Source: Azolla caroliniana (Eukaryota; Plantae; Polypodiophyta). Taken from it: a stretch of 64,000 nt of DNA. Shown one piece after another: positions 59,344-64,000 of the stretch. Under the pieces are notes generated by a model. That model saw only the letters and a program-made list of their open reading frames with translations. It was not told the DNA's origin and ran no database searches. Every line of letters begins with the position of its first letter. The first letter of the stretch is position 1. The stretch spans positions 62,001-126,000 of the forward strand of contig JBHGNT010000049.1 of NCBI GenBank assembly GCA_043228905.1, in the 5' to 3' direction. The position numbers were made by a program, and so were the translations under genes.

Positions 59344-61063
59344 ATGTATAATCGAGGGAAGCAACGGTCACATTCTATTGGCTATAGTCTCTGTGACTAT
59401 TTTATAGATGTCGTTAAGCAAAGTTATTGGATGCCATTTTGAGATTTCATTACATTGAGCATATGATTTTGGAATCATATATATGATTCCTTTCGTCCAT
59501 TCATCGGGCATATTCCCTGTTGAGAAAATTAAATTAACTGCCCTAGTAAGAATAGGCCCCAACAAGTCCCAGTAATGCAAATAGAATACCACTCCTTTGG
59601 CATCCTTTCCAGGACACACATATTTACCCATGGATTTAGCCGATGTCCAGACTTCAGTGTCTGTAAATGGTTGAAGCAACTGGGAAGCCATTACATGAGT
59701 GACCTTTTGTTGTGTTGTTTCTAGTACAAGTTGTCTCTTATTAAGATCTTCCTCTGAGAAGGATTTAGCAGATAACAACTAATGGTAATATGTCATAGCT
59801 ATGTCCTACATCTCAGAATCATCCGTTGTATAAGAACCATCAAGTCGTTTTAGGGTTTTAATAGATAGTGTTTTATACTTCTGTTTAAATTGACTGGAGA
59901 ACTCTCTGTTAACCCTATCCTACTTCTGTGACCAAGAAGTTGTATTACATTGGTAGAAATACAAGCCTCTCGCATGTTTCTTTTCTTTTAAATTTCTTTT
60001 TATTTGTTGTAAATCGAGAGCAACATAGGTGAGGTTGTGTATTTTTCCAATAACTTTTGTGTTGCAGCCAATGCTCGATGCAAATTAGCAATCTGTGCAT
60101 TGCATCGATCAACTGAAGAGGCAACTATATTTATAAAGAAGCTCTTAACATCACGGATGGCATAAGTGATATCTCTGAGCAAAAAGGCATCAGAGAAGCT
60201 ATATTTAGACCAGATTTGGGCTATAGAAACTCTATGAGTTTCATCAACAAGCAATGAGGTTGGGATATGGAATTGCTTAAGGTAGGATCTTCTGGCGAAT
60301 ATAATGTTTAACTTCAATGGATAACGATAAGAAGTTACCGTCCCGGCAATAATCCCCATAGATCTAGAAGCTTCCCAAAAAAAGCTACTAGCATAGAACC
60401 TATCCAATCGTGCCAAATTAGCTGCAACCACACTACCATTTGACCAGGAGAAATGAAGAGAGCCTTGCATTCAAGAAATGGAGTGAATATTCCATAGGTC
60501 CAATAAACCAAAAGAGAAATAAAAGGAATCCCAAGCTCTAGCTTCTCGGCCTGTAATTGTACTAATTGAGCCTCCCCTTCTATCAGATGCTTCTTCAATC
60601 ATGTTAAAGTCACCACCCACAAGCCAAGAATCTGCTAATCCTACGTATTCAGAAAGAGAAAACCAAAAGGAAGCTCTTTCTGAGGCTGAGTTAGAAACAT
60701 ATAGATTTATAATACCAATCTTTTGAGGTCATATTTGAAGAATAAGAAACTATGCCCTTTTATTCAAAATAGTACTTGCCGAGACTATGATGGATGCCCA
60801 TTGTTCTTTAATAGCCCTACATAAACCAGCTTGTCTACTATTTGGACCTATTGCTGGACCCAGAAATGTATCCATCTCCCTGGCATGATGGAACCATAAC
60901 TTCGTAGCCTATGAGCGGACAAGTGATGCTCTTGCAAAAAAAGAATATCAATAGTACCAACATTAGGTGTATCTAGATTTGCTCATATAAGTCCTTTAAA
61001 TCTAGGAAAGGCCTGACCCCCAAGGCCTTGCACGTTCCAGGAAAGGATATTTAACTTGTCCAT
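59344..61063 (-). pseudogene. L1 ORF2 endonuclease and RT N-terminal half
   Basis: SWNVQGL, VGGDFNM, ARLDRFY, WHPITLLNDIYKI. Confidence 0.88.
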
Positions 61064-61174
61064 ACTACATATGATTTGAAGATGTCACTTTCTAAGTAGA
61101 ACATCCTGACAACTCTTCTTATCGCCCTCTTGAGCGTGGATTTGTCGCTTTCTTAGCAAGTCCTTCCCTGCATA

Positions 61175-63505
61175 TGTTAGAGTGATGATCTAATGTAAGC
61201 ATATGATAAGAATATAAGATATATGAAATAAGAAAGGAGAGAGAGAAAGAAGGATGCCGATCCACCCGACCACCCTCGAGCGAAGGGATCGAGACAGACT
61301 CGAGCCTCGATCGGTGTCCCATACCACCGTCGTGGCATCAAGTCGTACTTGGTGCTGGCGCGTTCGCTACAAGAGTTGACCCACCACAACGTCAGAGTCT
61401 CGACGTAGTCAAAAGATGATGAAATGAGGGTAGCTAGGCCTCATATTTATAGCGAGACCCAAGGCCCCCAGGCAAGTTCACACTTGGCCTAATGGGTTGT
61501 CTCAATCCCGAGGATTAGAAGTAATCCTCCCCTTCTTTACACTCTCGTTTAACCCTCACACTTAACCACATGTATAGAATACTACGGTAAATTCTCACCA
61601 CGAGATATTATATGGTCATGCCCGTAACATACTCCCCCTCTTTAAAACATTGCACTCTTGCAATGGAAAGTTAGGGAAGTTAGTTCTAAGAGTATTTTCG
61701 CGTTCCCATGTGGCATCTTTGATAGATTTATCCATCCATTTAATTTTAAATTCTTGAATTATTTTTGTACTCAGATTTTTTGTTTTAATATCGAGAATTC
61801 TTTTTGGTACATGTGGTTTAGAAGATAATTATTCAGAAGTAACCAGAGTTTCAGTTGTAATTGTATTGTCACCAGAACCTAGAAGTTATTTTAGACGACT
61901 TACATGAAAAACTGAATGATTTTCAACGCCGTTGGGAAGAGCGAGACGATAGGCTGATGAACCAATGCGTTTGAGGACTTGAAAATGTCCACAAAACTGT
62001 GGGACTAACTTAGCGCACTTACACGTAGACAATGTCTTAGAATTGTGGCCACCAAGACCCTTTCCCCAAAAAGGAAACATTCGACTATAGAAATCACGTA
62101 ATAACTAATATACACATATGTATACTTATCACAAATGATCTCATTGTGGCATCGTATCCATGTAATAAGGGATGGATGTTGGATATGTGTGTCATAGGAG
62201 CGTCCTCACATGAAGTGGGTCAAGCTCTACGTTCTCAACATCATTGTGGCTATGATCGTTTCATTACGTAATGAAATCGAAGTGACCAACGGGGATGTCA
62301 ACAAAAAAATTGTTATAAAAAGGATGGTGAGTATGTCATTCTCACAAAAATGTGAGGACGGCCACCAAGATCCTTTCCCCGAAAAGGAAACATTCGACTA
62401 TAGAAATCACGTAATAACTAATATACACATATGTTACATACTTATCACATATATACGATCAAATACGTATACATGTGACCACATATGCATATATTAAAAA
62501 ATCGTAACATCAAATAGCCAATAGTGATGTAATCGAGATACGTAATCAAGGCATATAGCCTCTACGCACACGAAACATCCAAAAATAAGGGTTAATCGTA
62601 ATACACAATTGAGGTATTGGCCTCTTATGCATATGACACCAAACACATATCATTTACTTAGAAATCGAGGTATTAACCTTATACACATACATAACATATG
62701 TATGTGAACGTAATATGCAATTGAGGTATTAACCTCGTACGCATACGATACGAATCACATATTAAATATATGTAAAATGAGGTATTGATCTCATACACAT
62801 ATGAATACATTTTATATAACGAATCCATTACCACTACAACATCATTGAATCAATAAAGAAAAAACATATTGACTATACATTATTAGATTGGGAGAAGAAA
62901 GAATAGAAAAAAACAAGAAAGAGTTACCGAAGTTCCTTTGTTGATTGCTATCTGGATCAAGGTCGACCGCACGTCGATCGATCACCATCAATCAAGAATA
63001 CAACAAAAACCAATAAAAGAAACATTAGAAACATAAGCTCTGATACCAACTGCTACAGTGATGAACTAATGTAAGCATATGATAAGGATATAAGATATAT
63101 GAAATAAGAAAGGAGAGAGAGAAAGAAGGGTACCGATCCACCCGACCACCCTCGCGCGAAGGGATCGAGACGAACTCGATCCTCGATCAGCGTCCCATAC
63201 CACCGTCGTGGGGTCGAGTCGTACCTAGTGTTGGCGCACTCGCTACATGAGTTGACCCACCACAACAACAGAGTCTCGACGTAGTCAAAAGATGATGAAA
63301 CGAGGGTAGCTAGGCCTCATATTTATAGCGAGAACCAAGGCCCCCAGGCAAGTTCACATTTGGCCTAATGGGTTGTCTCAATCCTTAGGATTAAAAGTAA
63401 TCCTCCCCTTCTTTACACTCTCGTTTAACCCTCACACTTATCCACGTGTATAGAATATTACGGTAAATTCTCACCACTGGATATTATATGGTCATGCCCT
63501 TAACA
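61175..63505 (-). mobile_element. Internally deleted tRNA-Met-primed chromovirus (2.3 kb)
   Basis: 455-bp LTRs 61175-61629 and 63051-63505; PBS 63037-63048; PPT 61630-61643; only the integrase tail (AYRLALP..VFHVSRLK) and chromodomain (KIKWMDKSIKDATWE) remain; TSD degenerate GCATA/ACAGA. Confidence 0.9.
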
Positions 63506-64000
63506 ACAGACTTATGAACCCTATGCTCTTTGACAACCTTATCCAACACTTGGCCTACTGCCATATCCTTCGAGGATCCAAAATTGAAACCATTGGCCTC
63601 TTTCTTTGTCAATAACAATTCTACTTCCATTGTTTCCTTTTTCTCATGAAGAGTTTTTCCTTTGTTGTTATCAGTTGTAGGTATAGGTGCAACTTCCTCC
63701 AATCGTTGGATAGTGACAACCACCATCTTCTGCTGCCCTTGTAGCTCTAGCTTTCCTTGCTGAGCTATTTCAATCTCCATGTCATCTTCCTTTTGTTTCA
63801 ATTTATCGAGTGAGATTGTTTTAATAGGAAAACTTCCATACCCCACTTCTTGCTCTTCCCTTCTTCATTAAACTTTGTCTAAGGAGGGTGGAGGACCCCC
63901 TTACCAATACTAATAATTTTTGGCCTTCTAATAGCCTCACCTTTCACTTTTTTGTTAAAAAAAATAGCCATCACCCATAAAGGATTTTCTTCATAAAGTT

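Larger units (their letters stand above)
41359..64000 (-). mobile_element. L1-type LINE interrupted by copia-A (43732-59343) and a deleted chromovirus (61175-63505)
   Basis: ORF2 starts 61063 (MDKLNILSWNVQGL, endonuclease). RT reads PLLPSIIH|DTQSEF across the copia TSD, then SVRQGCPLA and VEFADDT. zf-RVT CSYC..HALWSC. ORF1 C-terminus at 63506-64000 plus 61085-61170. Confidence 0.9.

Overview
Eukaryotic, AT-rich, transposon-dominated plant nuclear DNA. The PLS-class PPR gene with a truncated E2 motif, the Tcn1-like chromovirus and the LINE families suggest a fern or other seed-free plant (inference). There are two plausible host genes: a small Ser/Lys-rich protein ending in EAIAECIEFIKKS (about 21.9-22.5 kb) and a single-exon PLS-E PPR protein (35875-37506). 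There is also a decayed tRNA-Asp gene. The rest is retroelements: (i) a chromodomain Ty3/gypsy element (26463-31719) inserted in a copy of a non-coding 2.4-kb LTR family whose complete copy is at 3220-5615; (ii) a four-level nest L1 > copia-A > rearranged copia-B2 > intact copia-B1 (41.4-61 kb); (iii) a deleted chromovirus in the L1 ORF1; (iv) a hAT-type MITE and many LINE, gypsy and copia relics. The most interesting signal is the chromovirus plus non-coding LTR pair. Neither has a tRNA primer site. Each has an 11-nt PBS complementary to its own predicted transcript start, 32 nt from TATAAATA, with compensatory changes across three LTR types. Their U3 ends carry an antisense tRNA-like segment, and the non-coding element carries an array of 18 bulged hairpins. 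Other candidates are a Mu-killer-like inverted-duplication copia derivative and an array of about 11 out-of-frame copies of a host gene's conserved C-terminal motif. All coordinates were counted by eye; relic boundaries are approximate.
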